Source of the DNA: Dehalococcoidia bacterium
GTDB lineage: Bacteria; Chloroflexota; Dehalococcoidia; Bin125
Assembly (NCBI GenBank): GCA_963662615.2
Contig: CAXXSR010000001.1
Location: 1,536,001-1,600,000 of the forward strand
Direction: 5' to 3'
DNA: 64,000 nucleotides
Shown: piece by piece, positions 50,968 through 62,073 of the stretch
How positions within the stretch are numbered: the stretch's first letter is position 1
How the letters are laid out: each line of letters starts with the position of its first letter
Notes under the pieces: generated by a model
What the model was told of the DNA's origin: nothing
Seen by the model: only the letters and a program-made list of their open reading frames with translations
Databases searched by the model: none
Position numbers and translations under genes: made by a program

Positions 50968-53900
50968 CAGCGACGCCCATTGACCAGCGCGTGCGCGACG
51001 CCGCCATCCGCGACCTGGACACGTCGATCTTTCTGCGGGCCGGGGCGGGCACGGGCAAGACGTCCGTGCTCGTGTGGCGGCTGGTGGAGGCGGTGCGGAC
51101 CGGTCGGGCGGAGCTGCGCGAGATCGTGGGGATCACGTTCACGGAGAAGGCGGCGGGCGAGCTGCGCGACCGCGTCCGGCGGGCGCTGTACGGCGCGCTG
51201 CAGGGCGCGGACGCCGCGGAAGCGGCGCGGCTGCGGGGGGCGATCGACCAAGTGGATGGGGCGCACGTCGAGACCATTCACGCGTTCGCGTCGGCGCTGC
51301 TGCGGGAGCGACCGCTGGAAGCGGGGCTGGATCCGAATTTCGCAGTGCTCGACGCGGTCAGCGAGCAGCTCGCCTTTGAGCAGGAATGGCAGGACTGGCT
51401 CTGGTTGGAGGAGGAGGGCAGCGCGCGCCCGCGCATTGAACGGTGCCTGCGGCTGGGGTTGCGACTCGATCAGCTGCGCGACCTGGCGCACAGCATCTCC
51501 GAGTTTCGCGACCTGGACCCGCGCCAACGCGCTGATCCCGTGCCGACGCCGCCGAGCGAGCATGCGCGCGCGTTGAGCGATGTCCGCGCCCTCGTGGAGG
51601 TGGCGGCGTCGGTCTCGCCGGCGGTACGGGGGCAGATGGAGCGCCTGCTGGACCGGCTGGAGAGGATGCGGGGGCTGTCGCCGCCGGGTCTGGAAGCCGA
51701 CATCGTGAACCTGGAGATCCCGCCGGCGCGGCTCGGGCGCGGCCAGGGTGAAGCTCGGATCCGGCTGGCCGAGGGTCTCCGCCAGTTCGGGGAGCGGCAC
51801 CAGGCGTACGCCGAGCGTGCCCGCGCGCAGGCGCTGGCGGACTTTATTGAGGTGGCATACGAGTTCGTCCAAGGGGCCGCTGCGCAACGGCGCCGCAGCG
51901 GGACGCTCAACTTCCAAGATCTCCTCATTGAAGCCCGCGACCTGCTGGTGCGCGACCCGCGCGTGCGCCACTACTTCCGCGATCGCTTCAAGTTCCTCTT
52001 CATTGACGAATTTCAGGACACCGACCCGCTGCAGGCCGAGATGGTGCTGTTGCTGGCGGCGCGCAACGATCCGGCCCACTGGCGGCAGGTGGAGCTGGCG
52101 CCGGGCCGACTGTTCATCGTGGGCGACCCGAAGCAGTCGATCTACCGTTTTCGCCGCGCGGACATCGACATCTACGCGGAGGTAGAGGAGCTGTTCCAGG
52201 CCGCCAATGAGCGCGACCCGGGCAGCGCGCGCGTTGACGTCTTGGAAGTGAACTTTCGCTCGCGGCCCGAGCTCCTGGCATGGCACAATCACGTCTTCGC
52301 GACGCTCATTCAGCGCCCGCCGGAGTTCCCCCGCGCCCAACCGAACTATCAGCGCCTCAGCGCCTTCCGCGAAGACGGCGGCGCGGCGGTGATCAATCTG
52401 CTCCCCAACACGGGCGTGGCCTGGCGGCGCGTGGAGGAGGCGCGAACGGCCGAGGCCGCGGCGATCGCCCGATTCATTGAGACCGTTGTCCACACGGACG
52501 AACTCCCGGTGGCAGTGCGCGACAAGGAGGCAGGGGACAAGACTCGCCGGGCGCGCTATCGCGACGTCTGCCTGTTGATTCGCAATCGCACCAACCTGGA
52601 CATCTACACCGCCGCGCTCGACACCGCGGCGATCCCCTACCACCTGGACAGCGGCCGCGGCTTCTTCCTCCAACAGGAGATTCGTGATGCGGCGGCCATC
52701 CTGACCGCCCTGGACGACCCGTCCGATGAGGTGGCGGTGGTAGCGGCGCTCAAGAGCGCGCCGTTCGCGGCATCCGACGCGGAGTTGCTGGAGTACGCGC
52801 AGGGGCGGGATGGCTCGCACGGCCGCTTCCTGCTGGCCGCCGAGGCCATGCCCGCAAGCTACGACGGGCCCCTGCGCGGGCCCATTGAGCTGCTGCGGCA
52901 ACTCGCCGGGGAGAAGGCGTCATTCTCGCTGCCGGCGTATGTGGACCACGTCCTGCGGACGACGCACCTGGTCGAGATTCAACTGGCGCGCGGCAGCCGC
53001 CAGCGCGCCGCCAACCTCCAGATCATCGTGCAGCGCGCCGCGGACTTCGCCGCCAACGACGTGGATTCCCTGCGCCCGTTCGTGCGCTGGCTGAGCACAC
53101 AGGCGCGAACGGATCTGGCGGAGGCGGAATCGCCGGTGACGGAGATCGATGAGGACGTGGTGCGCATCCTGACCATCCATCAGGCCAAGGGCCTGGAGTT
53201 TCCCATCGTGGTGCTGACCAAGATGGCGGCGGCGGTGGCGCCCGACCGCTCGATCGCCGTCGTCGATCGTGAAGAGGGCCGGCTCGATTTCCAAGTGGGG
53301 CCGCGCGCGCGCCGCTTCGCGACGCCCGGCTATGCCGCCGCCAGGCAGCGCCAATCCGTGTATGAGCAGTGTGAGGAGCGGCGGCTGCTCTACGTGGCGG
53401 CGACGCGGGCGCGGGACTGGCTGGTGCTCCCCGTCTACTTCACGGATCGGGCGCGCGGCTACCACGCCGACCTGGAGGAGGCGCTGCCGGGCTGGATGAG
53501 GCCGGACTACGAGGTGGAGGCGCCGGGCTCGCTGAACTACCGCGTTGAGCAGCTTCCGCCCGCTCCCAAGGTCGTGAAGGAGGAACGAGTGCCGGACGTC
53601 GCGGCGCTGCAAAAGAGCTGGGAGGCCAGCCACCGCGCCGCGCTGGCGGCCGGCAGGCCGACCCGGGAGTTCGTGGCGCCGTCGCGGCTGGGGAATGACG
53701 CGGCGAAGCAAGCGCGGGAGGTCGAGCCGAGCGACCGATCGAGCGGGCCGACGGACCGGACCATCGCGGCGGAGGACGGTCGCGCGCTCTCCACCACCGC
53801 GGCGGCCGATAGCCTCCTGCTGGGCCCGCTGCGCGGCGCCGACGAGTTGGACGGTCGCGCGCTCGGCACCGCGCTGCACGACGCGCTCTTCTTGGCGGAC

Positions 53901-54311
53901 TTTGACGATTGGGACGTAAGCGAGTGGCGTGCCCGCAAGCTGTGCACCGAGCGCGGCCTGAGCGGCCTCGTGGCGGACGTGATCTCGGACCTGCGCACGA
54001 CGTTCGGAAGCCCGCTGCTTGACCGAGTCCGCAGCGCCGAGCGTGTGGAGCGCGAGCTGCCGCTCGTTTCGGCGGACCCAGACCGCGTCGTGGAGGGGTA
54101 CGTTGACCTGGCATTCCTCCCGGGGCGGGAGGAGGGCTGGATCCTGGTGGATTACAAGAGCGCCCGCTCCCCCGGCCCCGAGGCCGTGGAGGGATACGAG
54201 CGGCAGGTTCGAGAGTACGTGCGCATGTTTCGGCAGACAGGGGCGCCGGTGGCGGCCGCGTACGTGCTCTTCACCGCCAGCGGCGACGCCCGCCCGGTCC
54301 CCATCGACTAG
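50964..54311 (+). CDS. addA: AddA/RexA-like UvrD helicase-nuclease
   Basis: AGAGTGKT, TFTEKAA, DEFQDT, VGDPKQSIYRFR, TIHQAKGLEF, LLYVAATRA, VDYKS. Confidence 0.9.
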   Translation: MTATPIDQRVRDAAIRDLDTSIFLRAGAGTGKTSVLVWRLVEAVRTGRAELREIVGITFTEKAAGELRDRVRRALYGALQGADAAEAARLRGAIDQVDGAHVETIHAFASALLRERPLEAGLDPNFAVLDAVSEQLAFEQEWQDWLWLEEEGSARPRIERCLRLGLRLDQLRDLAHSISEFRDLDPRQRADPVPTPPSEHARALSDVRALVEVAASVSPAVRGQMERLLDRLERMRGLSPPGLEADIVNLEIPPARLGRGQGEARIRLAEGLRQFGERHQAYAERARAQALADFIEVAYEFVQGAAAQRRRSGTLNFQDLLIEARDLLVRDPRVRHYFRDRFKFLFIDEFQDTDPLQAEMVLLLAARNDPAHWRQVELAPGRLFIVGDPKQSIYRFRRADIDIYAEVEELFQAANERDPGSARVDVLEVNFRSRPELLAWHNHVFATLIQRPPEFPRAQPNYQRLSAFREDGGAAVINLLPNTGVAWRRVEEARTAEAAAIARFIETVVHTDELPVAVRDKEAGDKTRRARYRDVCLLIRNRTNLDIYTAALDTAAIPYHLDSGRGFFLQQEIRDAAAILTALDDPSDEVAVVAALKSAPFAASDAELLEYAQGRDGSHGRFLLAAEAMPASYDGPLRGPIELLRQLAGEKASFSLPAYVDHVLRTTHLVEIQLARGSRQRAANLQIIVQRAADFAANDVDSLRPFVRWLSTQARTDLAEAESPVTEIDEDVVRILTIHQAKGLEFPIVVLTKMAAAVAPDRSIAVVDREEGRLDFQVGPRARRFATPGYAAARQRQSVYEQCEERRLLYVAATRARDWLVLPVYFTDRARGYHADLEEALPGWMRPDYEVEAPGSLNYRVEQLPPAPKVVKEERVPDVAALQKSWEASHRAALAAGRPTREFVAPSRLGNDAAKQAREVEPSDRSSGPTDRTIAAEDGRALSTTAAADSLLLGPLRGADELDGRALGTALHDALFLADFDDWDVSEWRARKLCTERGLSGLVADVISDLRTTFGSPLLDRVRSAERVERELPLVSADPDRVVEGYVDLAFLPGREEGWILVDYKSARSPGPEAVEGYERQVREYVRMFRQTGAPVAAAYVLFTASGDARPVPID

Positions 54312-54434
54312 GGCGGCGCTGGTCGCAGCGCTGGTCTCAGTCGCAGCCGCGTAGAATGGCGCGCGAGACGCACACTGTCGCGTGGGAGCGCAGGGCAGCG
54401 CAGGCGCGTTGGAGCGCAGGGAAGCGGAGGCGGC

Positions 54435-55992
54435 ATGACGGACCGCAGCGAGCAGGATCCTCGCGAGGACTTTCTCGGACGCCGCCGTCGCATTCGCGAG
54501 GAGATGGGAGGCCGCGAGCGGATTGAGCGACAGCACCGTCGCGGTCGGTTGACCGTGCGGGAGCGGATTGAGCGGCTGGCCGACGCGGGCTCCTTCTTGG
54601 AGATCGGCACGTTCGCGCGCTCCGAACGGCCCGAGGCCCGCGAGCGCACGCCCGGCGATGGCAAGGTAGGCGGCTGGGCCCGCGTTGAGGGGCGACCGCT
54701 GGCGGTGTGTGGCGACGACGTCACGGTGCTGCATGGGTCGTCATCCGTGGTGGGGCAGCGGCGGATGCGCCGCATCTACGAGCAGGCGCTGGAACAGGGC
54801 GTGCCGTACGTCTATTTCGGTGAAACCGGGGGCGCCCGCCTGCCCGACGCGCTGGGCTCCGAGGGGTTCAGCAAGATCCCCGCGGCGGTGACGGTTGGGC
54901 GCCGGGCCCGCCGTATCCCGCTGGCCACCGCGATCGTGGGGGAGTCGTTTGGCGCCTCCTCGTTTCACGCCGCCTTCTCCGACTTCGTAGTGCAGGTTCG
55001 GGGCAGCAGTATGGCGGTCTCGAGCCCCCGCGTGATCGAGATCGCGACCGGCGAGCAGGTGAGCTTCGAAGAGCTGGGCGGAGTGGACGTTCACCTGGAT
55101 GTGACGGGGCAGATCGACGCGGCCGCGGAGACGGAGGAGGAGGCGATCGCGCTGATCAAGCGGTTCCTGTCCTACCTGCCGGCGAACGCGTGGTCGTTGC
55201 CGCCGGCGCGGCCGTTCGAGACGACGGTGGCAGCGGACTCCGCGCTGGCGGAGTTGGTGCCCAGGCAGCGGAATCGCGCCTACGACATGCACAAGGTACT
55301 GGCGCGCCTGGTGGACGATGGCGAGCTGCTGGAGCTGAAGCCGCGCTTCGGGCGCAGCCTGATCACGGCGCTGGCTCGGATCGGCGGGAGGAGCGCCGGC
55401 ATCGTCGCCAGCAACCCCATGTACTACGCGGGCGCCCTCACGCCGGAAACGTGCGACAAGGCCACGGCGTTCCTCTGTCTCTGCGACGCGTTCAACATCC
55501 CCATCGTCTTTCTGCAGGACGTGCCCGGCTTCATTGTGGGAAAGGAGCCGGAGCACGCGCGTCTGCTGCACAAGGCGATCATGTTCATGGAAGCGCTGGC
55601 GCAGACAACGGTGCCCCGCATCACCGTGGTGCTGCGCAAGGCCTTCGGGCTAGCGTACTTCAGTCTCTCCGGCAATGGCACGGGAGGCGCCCTGATGACC
55701 GCTTGGCCTGGCGCCGAGATCTCATTCATGGATCCGGCGGTGGGATTGAACGTGGTGCACGCGGAGGAGATCGCACGGGCGGCCGATCCGGCGGGCGAAC
55801 GGGAGCGCCTGGCCGGCGAATGGGCAGCGGATGTGGAGCCCTACGGCGCCGCCGGCATCATGAACCTGGACGAGATCATTGACCCGGCGGACACGCGCGC
55901 GGTGCTGGTGGAGGCGATCCGGCGCTTCGAGGTCCAACCGCCCCCCAAAGGGGCAACTGAAGCCGCTGGCTTCCTGGCCGACCTGCTACTAG
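54435..55992 (+). CDS. Acyl-CoA carboxylase carboxyltransferase subunit (probable +1 indel at about 55941-55953)
   Basis: GRLTVRERI, GGARL, FLQDVPGF; the shifted frame gives LKPLASWPTCY* and removes a 300-bp overlap with tcuA. Confidence 0.85.
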
Positions 55993-57464
55993 GGCCTCGC
56001 CGCCGCTTCCCCCGCGATTCGGCCAAAGACGGCGCCGGACGTGAGGCCGGAGCCGCCGGCGTAGTTTTGATAGAAGAGCCCGCCCACCAGTTCGCCCGCG
56101 GCGTAGAGGCCGGGGATGGGGCGCTCCTCCGTGTCCAGGACCTGCGCGGTATGCTCGTCGATCTTGAGGCCGCCGAAGGTGAAGGTGATGCCGCAGGTGA
56201 CGGCGAAGCCGACGTAGGGCGGCTTGTCGAGCGGGAGCGCCCAGTTCGACTTCGGCGGCGCGATGCCCTCCGTGTGGACGCCGTCAAGAATTGAAGGATT
56301 GAACGGTCCCGGTCGGCAGGCCGCGTTGAAGTCGCTGATCGTGTGCGTGAGGCCCTCCACGTCGACGCCCAACTGGGCGGCCAGCTGCGGGATCGTCGCG
56401 GCCTCCACTTTCGTCACCTGGCGGATGCGATATTCGTCGCGCAGGAGCGGCACGGTCTTTTGGTCGAAGAGCTGAAACGCCACCCGATGCGGCTGCTCCA
56501 TGATGGCCCGCCCGTAGGGGACGTAGGTGTAGTTGCGGTAATCGGCGCCCTCGTCCAGGAAGCGCTCGCCCTCCAGGTTCACGATCAGGCCGTAGGGATA
56601 GGAGTGCTTTTGGTAGAGGTCGGCGATGGTGCGATTGCCGGTGGGAGGCGCGTTGAGGTCCCAGGCGACCGCGTGCGCCCCCGACCAATGCCCGTACGGC
56701 TGCGCACCGGCATCGACCGCGGCGCGAATGGCGTCGCCGGTGTTGAAGCGGCTGCCTCGCACTTTGGCCAGGTCCCAGCCGGGGCCCAAGTAGCGAGCAC
56801 GCATCTCGGCGTTGGCTTCGAAGCCGCCCGCGGCGACGATCACGGCATCGGCCGGCAGCGGCTTGTCGGCGTCGCCGTTGCGGACCATGACGCCAATGAC
56901 GCGGCGTCCGTCTCGCAGCAGGTCGGTCATCTTGCTCTCGTAGCGGATGTCGAGCCCGGCGGCCTCCGTCGCTTCGAAGAGGGCGTCGGCGAGCCCTTTG
57001 CCGGCACCCACCGCCTCCACGATGAGGGCGCCGTAGAAGACCAGCTTGCCATCTACGCTGTGCGCTTGACGCCCGGACATGAGCGCCCAGCGCACGCCCT
57101 GCTCGCGCAGCCAGGCCATCGTGGGGAACGCCTCCCGGACCAGGGTGGTGGCGAGGCCCTCGTCGATCAGGCCGTCGCTGACGCGGGCCAGGTCGTCGTG
57201 CATCGCCGCGGAGGAATACGCGCCCACATCAATGCCGGCCACCTCGGCGTCGCTGAGGTCCGGGATCAGCGCGCGGATCGTTTCAATGTCGTCATAGGGG
57301 AAACGGAAGCCGCCGCCGGTGAAGAACGTGTTGCCGCCACGCTCGTCGCGCGGCGCCTTCTCCAACACAGTGACGTGGGCGCCCCGTTCGCGTGCGGCGA
57401 GAGCGGCGCAGAGTGCTGCGTTGCCCGCCCCCACTACCACGACATGCCGCTGCTCGTCGCCCAC
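55989..57464 (-). CDS. tcuA: FAD-dependent tricarballylate dehydrogenase TcuA family
   Basis: VVVGAGNAA, GGFEAN..RYLGPGWD, GERFLDEGADYRNYTY, GITFTFGGL. Confidence 0.88.
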   Translation of the reverse strand: MGDEQRHVVVVGAGNAALCAALAARERGAHVTVLEKAPRDERGGNTFFTGGGFRFPYDDIETIRALIPDLSDAEVAGIDVGAYSSAAMHDDLARVSDGLIDEGLATTLVREAFPTMAWLREQGVRWALMSGRQAHSVDGKLVFYGALIVEAVGAGKGLADALFEATEAAGLDIRYESKMTDLLRDGRRVIGVMVRNGDADKPLPADAVIVAAGGFEANAEMRARYLGPGWDLAKVRGSRFNTGDAIRAAVDAGAQPYGHWSGAHAVAWDLNAPPTGNRTIADLYQKHSYPYGLIVNLEGERFLDEGADYRNYTYVPYGRAIMEQPHRVAFQLFDQKTVPLLRDEYRIRQVTKVEAATIPQLAAQLGVDVEGLTHTISDFNAACRPGPFNPSILDGVHTEGIAPPKSNWALPLDKPPYVGFAVTCGITFTFGGLKIDEHTAQVLDTEERPIPGLYAAGELVGGLFYQNYAGGSGLTSGAVFGRIAGEAAARP

Positions 57465-57485
57465 GATGTTTGCCTGCGCGGGGGG

Positions 57486-58487
57486 CTATTGGAGGGCGAA
57501 CGCTGGGTCCTTCGCTCGCGGCAGATGGTACCAGGCGTCATCGCACACGGCCAAGTCTTCCGCCGTCAGCGTGACCTCGACAGCCTTGAGTGAATCCTCG
57601 ATCTGTTCGCGACTGCTCGCGCCGACGATCGCGGAGATGATGCCGTCCTGGGCGAGCACCCAAGCGATGGCCGCCTGCGCGAGCGATACCCCACCGTGGT
57701 CGAAGTGCGACTTGAGTCGCTGCATCTGCTGAAACTGGGCCTCGTGCCAGTAGCGCCCCTGGTAGCGCGACGCCACCGTGCCCAGCGTAAAGCGGGTGCC
57801 TTGGCCGAGGTCATCCAGCGATTCGTACTTCCCGGTGAGAAAGCCGCCCGCCAGCGGGTTGAAGGCGATGACGCCCACGCCCTCCTTGCGGCATAGGGGA
57901 AGCAGTTCATCCTCAATCTGGCGGAAGAGGATGTTGTAGCGGGGCTGGTCGCACTGATACCGCACGAGGTCCAGCCGGTCACTGGCGCCCAGAGCGAGGG
58001 CGAGTTCCCAGGCCGCGTAATTTGAAGCGCCGATGTAGCGCACCTTGCCCCAGCGGACGAGGTCGTCGAACGCGCGCAACGTCTCCTCAATGGGCGTGGC
58101 CGGGTCGGGGAAATGCGTCTGATAAAGGTCCAAGTGGTCAGTGCGCAAGCGACGCAGGCTGCCGTCAACGGCGTTGAGAATGTGCGCCCGCGAGAGGCCG
58201 CGATCGTTGGGCGCGGGCCCCATGGCGCCGAAGCACTTTGTGGCCACGACAACCGAATCCCGCGGCCGCCCTTGGAGCCACTCTCCCACGATCTCTTCCG
58301 TGATGCCCACGTCGTGCGAGCCGCCGGGGTAGACGTCGGCGGTGTCCAGGAAGTTGACGCCGGCGTCCGCCGCCGCGTCGAGAATGGCGAACGCCTCGGT
58401 CTTATCGGCCTACAGGCCGAAGGTGATGGTCCCCAAGCAGATCTCGGAGACGCGCAGGCCCGAGCGGCCCATGTGGCGGTACTGCAT
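57486..58487 (-). pseudogene. Aldo/keto reductase with in-frame TAG at codon 26 (58410-58412)
   Basis: MQYRHMGRSGLRVSEICLGTITFGL*ADKTEAFAILDAAADAGVNFLDTADVY continues in frame into ORF 57486-58310. Confidence 0.85.
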
Positions 58488-58662
58488 GCGGCGGCTCCTC
58501 CCCGTCGGCATGGTAGCGCCGGCGCTCCCACGGTCCACCCGCGCGACGCGGGCAGGGGGCGGAGCCCTTCGGCTCAGCGACTCCCAGCGCGGCCGTCTCA
58601 GCGGATTCAGGGCGGCGGTCGCGAGGTCGCGGCCGGAGTCGTCTGCCTGTATTCTCCACGTC

Positions 58663-59631
58663 ATGCATGTCCTCATAGCGACGGGGATGACGCTGCCGTC
58701 GGTTGGGGAGGCGGAACTGCAGCGCATCCGGAGCGCCGCCGGCGACGACGCCGAGGTCAGTGTCGCCGCGAGCCGTGGCGAGGCGCTGGAAGCGATATCC
58801 ACCGCCGAGGTGCTCTTCGGCGCGCTGGACCCGACGCTGTTCGCCGCGGCGAATTCCTTGCGCTGGGTCCAGGCCACGGCGTCCGGCGTGGACAAGTACC
58901 TGTTCCCCGAATTCAAGGCGAGTGACGCCGTCCTCACCGGCGAGAAAGGGCTGGTGGGAGGGCACTTGGCCGATCACGCCTTCGCGCTGCTGTTGGCGTT
59001 GACACGGAAGTTGGCGGAGGCGGTGCGGCTGGGCCCCCAATCCTGGGAGCAACGCTTGGAACTGCGACCGCAGGAGATTGAGCTGGAAGGCCTGACGATG
59101 GGCATCGTGGGGTTCGGCGGGACCGGCCGGGAGGTGGCGCGTCGGGCGACCGCTTTCGGGATGCACGGCCGGGCCGTGGACCGCGATGCGGTGCCGGGGA
59201 CGGCGGAGCTCCCGCTCGTGCAGTCGCTCAACAATCTGCCGCGCCTGCTAGCGCAGTCCGACGTCGTCACGATCTGCTGCCCGCTGACGCCGGCGACGCG
59301 CGGCCTGTTCAATGACGAGACGCTGGCCTTGATGAAGCCCACGGCGATCCTGATCAACGTCACGCGTGGCGAGATCGTGGATGGCGACGCGCTGGTGCGG
59401 GCGCTTCGAGAGGGCCGTCTGGCCGGCGCGGGCCTGGACGTGACGCCGGAGGAGCCGCTTCCGGCGGACCACCCCCTCTGGCAGTTCGACAACGTGGTCA
59501 TCACCCCGCACATCGCGGGAGCGAGCCAGCTGCGGGCGGGGCGGAACATTGAGAGGTTCTGCGAGAACCTGCGCCGCTATCGCCGCGGGCTGCCCCTCAT
59601 CGGCCTGGTGGACAAGGATCTGGGCTACTAA
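58663..59631 (+). CDS. D-2-hydroxyacid dehydrogenase
   Basis: GIVGFGGTG, INVTRG, GAGLDV, TPHIAG. Confidence 0.92.
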   Translation: MHVLIATGMTLPSVGEAELQRIRSAAGDDAEVSVAASRGEALEAISTAEVLFGALDPTLFAAANSLRWVQATASGVDKYLFPEFKASDAVLTGEKGLVGGHLADHAFALLLALTRKLAEAVRLGPQSWEQRLELRPQEIELEGLTMGIVGFGGTGREVARRATAFGMHGRAVDRDAVPGTAELPLVQSLNNLPRLLAQSDVVTICCPLTPATRGLFNDETLALMKPTAILINVTRGEIVDGDALVRALREGRLAGAGLDVTPEEPLPADHPLWQFDNVVITPHIAGASQLRAGRNIERFCENLRRYRRGLPLIGLVDKDLGY

Positions 59632-59982
59632 GGCGGCGTCGGCGCCACGAGCCCCGACCGCTCGTCCTGAGCTTGCTGATCCTCGGCTTGCCGACAGGTC
59701 AAAGGGCCCGGGCCACAACCTTCTTGCCCCGTACCCCGTGACCGTTCCTACAGGCAGCGGCTGCCCCCTTGCCCCGACCGCGCGGCCCTAGCGCTGCTCC
59801 GACGGACGAAGCGATCGCGTGGAGCCGGGCCCGCCCGCGGGGCCCAGGGATGGCGCTCGTGCTCGGCCTCACAACAGGTCCAGGACGAAGGCCCGCTCGT
59901 ATTCCTGGTGAGCGGGGCTGGTGAGGGAGGCCGGCGGCGGCGGCGCTGTCGGCGGTCGAAGAGCGCATCAGGAGGCAGAGGG

Positions 59983-60174
59983 ATGGGCTTGTTTACGGGT
60001 CTACGAAGAGCGATGCGGCGCGGGCCCTGCGACCACGCCAACATTGACCCGCATTGGAACCGGATTGAAGACGAGGGTCAGCAGGACCGGATTGACCACT
60101 ACATCTGCCCGCGCTGCGGAGCCCGGTTCCCAGAGAGGGCAGGAGCGTACCTCCTGGAGGGTCGGAAGCACTGA
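59983..60174 (+). CDS. Small putative zinc-ribbon protein (63 aa)
   Basis: GGAGG upstream; CDH...CPRCG. Confidence 0.55.
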   Translation: MGLFTGLRRAMRRGPCDHANIDPHWNRIEDEGQQDRIDHYICPRCGARFPERAGAYLLEGRKH

Positions 60175-60417
60175 CTCCACTGCGGCGCCGTGCGGCGCAT
60201 CCACTGCCTGCTAGGCCGGCGCGCCCATAGGAGGCGGGCAGTTGAGCGAGCCCCGCAAGGGGCGAGAAGAGCGGGCCGCGGCCCGCTCTTCGGTTGTAGC
60301 GGTCCCTCCTCCTCCCGCGTCAGTTCGATACGCTACCTTCTCCCAGGACTCATTCTCCAGGACTGGGCCCTGCCGGCTTAGCGCCGGCCGGCCTCTTTTC
60401 ACACGCGGGAGCAATGG

Positions 60418-62073
60418 ATGGCGGAGCTGAGCGGGGCACAGATCGTTGCCAAGTCCCTAAAGACGCAAGGCGTTGCGGAGGTGTTCGGGATCGTGGGGCT
60501 GCCGGTGGGGCCGGTCGCCAAGGCCCTGATCGACGAGGACATTCGCTTTGTGGGGACACGGCACGAGCAGGCAGCCGGCTACGCCGCTCAGGCGGCCTCC
60601 TACCTGCGCGGGCGCATCAGTGCGGCGCTGGTGGTCTCCGGTCCGGGCATGATGAACGCCGTGACGACCCTGGGGAATGCGGCGGCGAACTGCTGGCCCA
60701 TGCTGCTGATCGGCGGCTCCTCCAACTTGCGGCTGCTGGGCCGCGGCGACTTCCAGGCGGCGCCCCAGATGGACGCGGCGCGACTGTTCGTGAAGTGGGC
60801 CGAGCAGGCGCAGGACCCGCGTCAGATCCCCTTCCTTGTGTCCAGCGCCGTGCGGCAGGCGATCAGCGGCCGGCCGGGACCGGTCTACCTTGATCTCCCG
60901 GGCGACGTGATCGAGGCGACGGTGGACGAGGCGGACGTGAAGTGGGAGGCGCGGGTCCCGGACCCAACCCGGATTGAGGTGAGCGACGCCGCGGTCGCGG
61001 CAGCGATTGAGGCGCTGCGCAGCGCGGCGAACCCGCTCGTGATCATCGGCAAGGGCGCCGCCTGGGCGCGGGCCGAGGGCGAAATCCGCGAGTTCATTGA
61101 AAGGACGCAGCTGCCCTTCCTGGCGACGCCCATGGGCAAAGGGGTGGCGCCGGATGAGCATCCGCTCAACGCCGCCGCCGCGCGGACCTTCGCGCTGAAG
61201 AATACCGACTTGATCTTTCTCATTGGAGCCCGCCTCAACTGGATCCTGCACTTCGGGCTGCCGCCGCGGTTCCGGGAAGGGCTGCGCGTGATCCAGCTCG
61301 AAATTGAGGCCGAAGAGATCGGCGCCAACGTGCCCACCGAAGTGCCGCTGGTGGGCGACGCCAAGGCGGTCATGGCCCAGCTCAACGCGTATCTGGACGA
61401 GCGGCCCTGGCAGTTCGACGACGCGAGCGAGTGGGGGGCTTCGATCCGCGCCGAGACGGAGCGGAAGCATGACGAGAATGTGCCGCGCTTCGCTTCGGAC
61501 GAGTCGCCCATGAACTACTACCGCCCTCTCAAAGAGATCGAAGAGGCGCTGCCGCGCGATGCCATCGTCATCTCCGAGGGCGAGAACACGATGGCCATAG
61601 CGCGACAGGTGATCATGAGCTCCCACCCGCGGGCGCGCCTGGACGCCGGGACCTGGGGGACCATGGGCGTGGGTCCCGGATTTGCCCTCGCGGCGCAGCT
61701 GGTGCATCCCGATCGGCGGGTCGTGGCGCTGGAGGGCGACTCCGCGTTCGGCTTCGACGCGACCGACGTGGAAACCGCGGTGCGGCACCGGCTGCCGATC
61801 ACGTGGATCGTCTTCAACAACAACGGCATTGGGCGCGGCACGGCGACGCTGGACCCCGGCAGGCCCGTGCCGCCCAACGCGCTCTCGCCGGGCAGCCACT
61901 ACGAGCGAATCATCGAGTCGTTCGGCGGCAAGGGCTACTACTGCGCTTCGCCCGACGCGTTGAAGGCGGCCCTGGCGGACGCCTTCAAGCAGGAGGTTCC
62001 CACGCTGATCCATGTGGAACTGGACCCGAAGGCGGAGCGGCGCCAGCAGGAGTTCGTCTGGTGGAAGCGCTAG
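60418..62073 (+). CDS. TPP-dependent oxalyl-CoA decarboxylase / 2-hydroxyacyl-CoA lyase family enzyme
   Basis: RHEQAAGYAA, NCWP, GARLNWILHFG, RLDAGTWGTMGVG, EGDSAFGF. Confidence 0.9.
   Translation: MAELSGAQIVAKSLKTQGVAEVFGIVGLPVGPVAKALIDEDIRFVGTRHEQAAGYAAQAASYLRGRISAALVVSGPGMMNAVTTLGNAAANCWPMLLIGGSSNLRLLGRGDFQAAPQMDAARLFVKWAEQAQDPRQIPFLVSSAVRQAISGRPGPVYLDLPGDVIEATVDEADVKWEARVPDPTRIEVSDAAVAAAIEALRSAANPLVIIGKGAAWARAEGEIREFIERTQLPFLATPMGKGVAPDEHPLNAAAARTFALKNTDLIFLIGARLNWILHFGLPPRFREGLRVIQLEIEAEEIGANVPTEVPLVGDAKAVMAQLNAYLDERPWQFDDASEWGASIRAETERKHDENVPRFASDESPMNYYRPLKEIEEALPRDAIVISEGENTMAIARQVIMSSHPRARLDAGTWGTMGVGPGFALAAQLVHPDRRVVALEGDSAFGFDATDVETAVRHRLPITWIVFNNNGIGRGTATLDPGRPVPPNALSPGSHYERIIESFGGKGYYCASPDALKAALADAFKQEVPTLIHVELDPKAERRQQEFVWWKR

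Noticed and set aside
47854-54311. Helicase-nuclease pair as a novel defence or Cas4-like system
   Set aside because: Order, sizes and motifs fit housekeeping AddAB
48091-54734. Long antisense ORFs (541, 679 and 604 aa) and similar ones elsewhere
   Set aside because: Shadow frames of real high-GC genes, with no recognisable motifs
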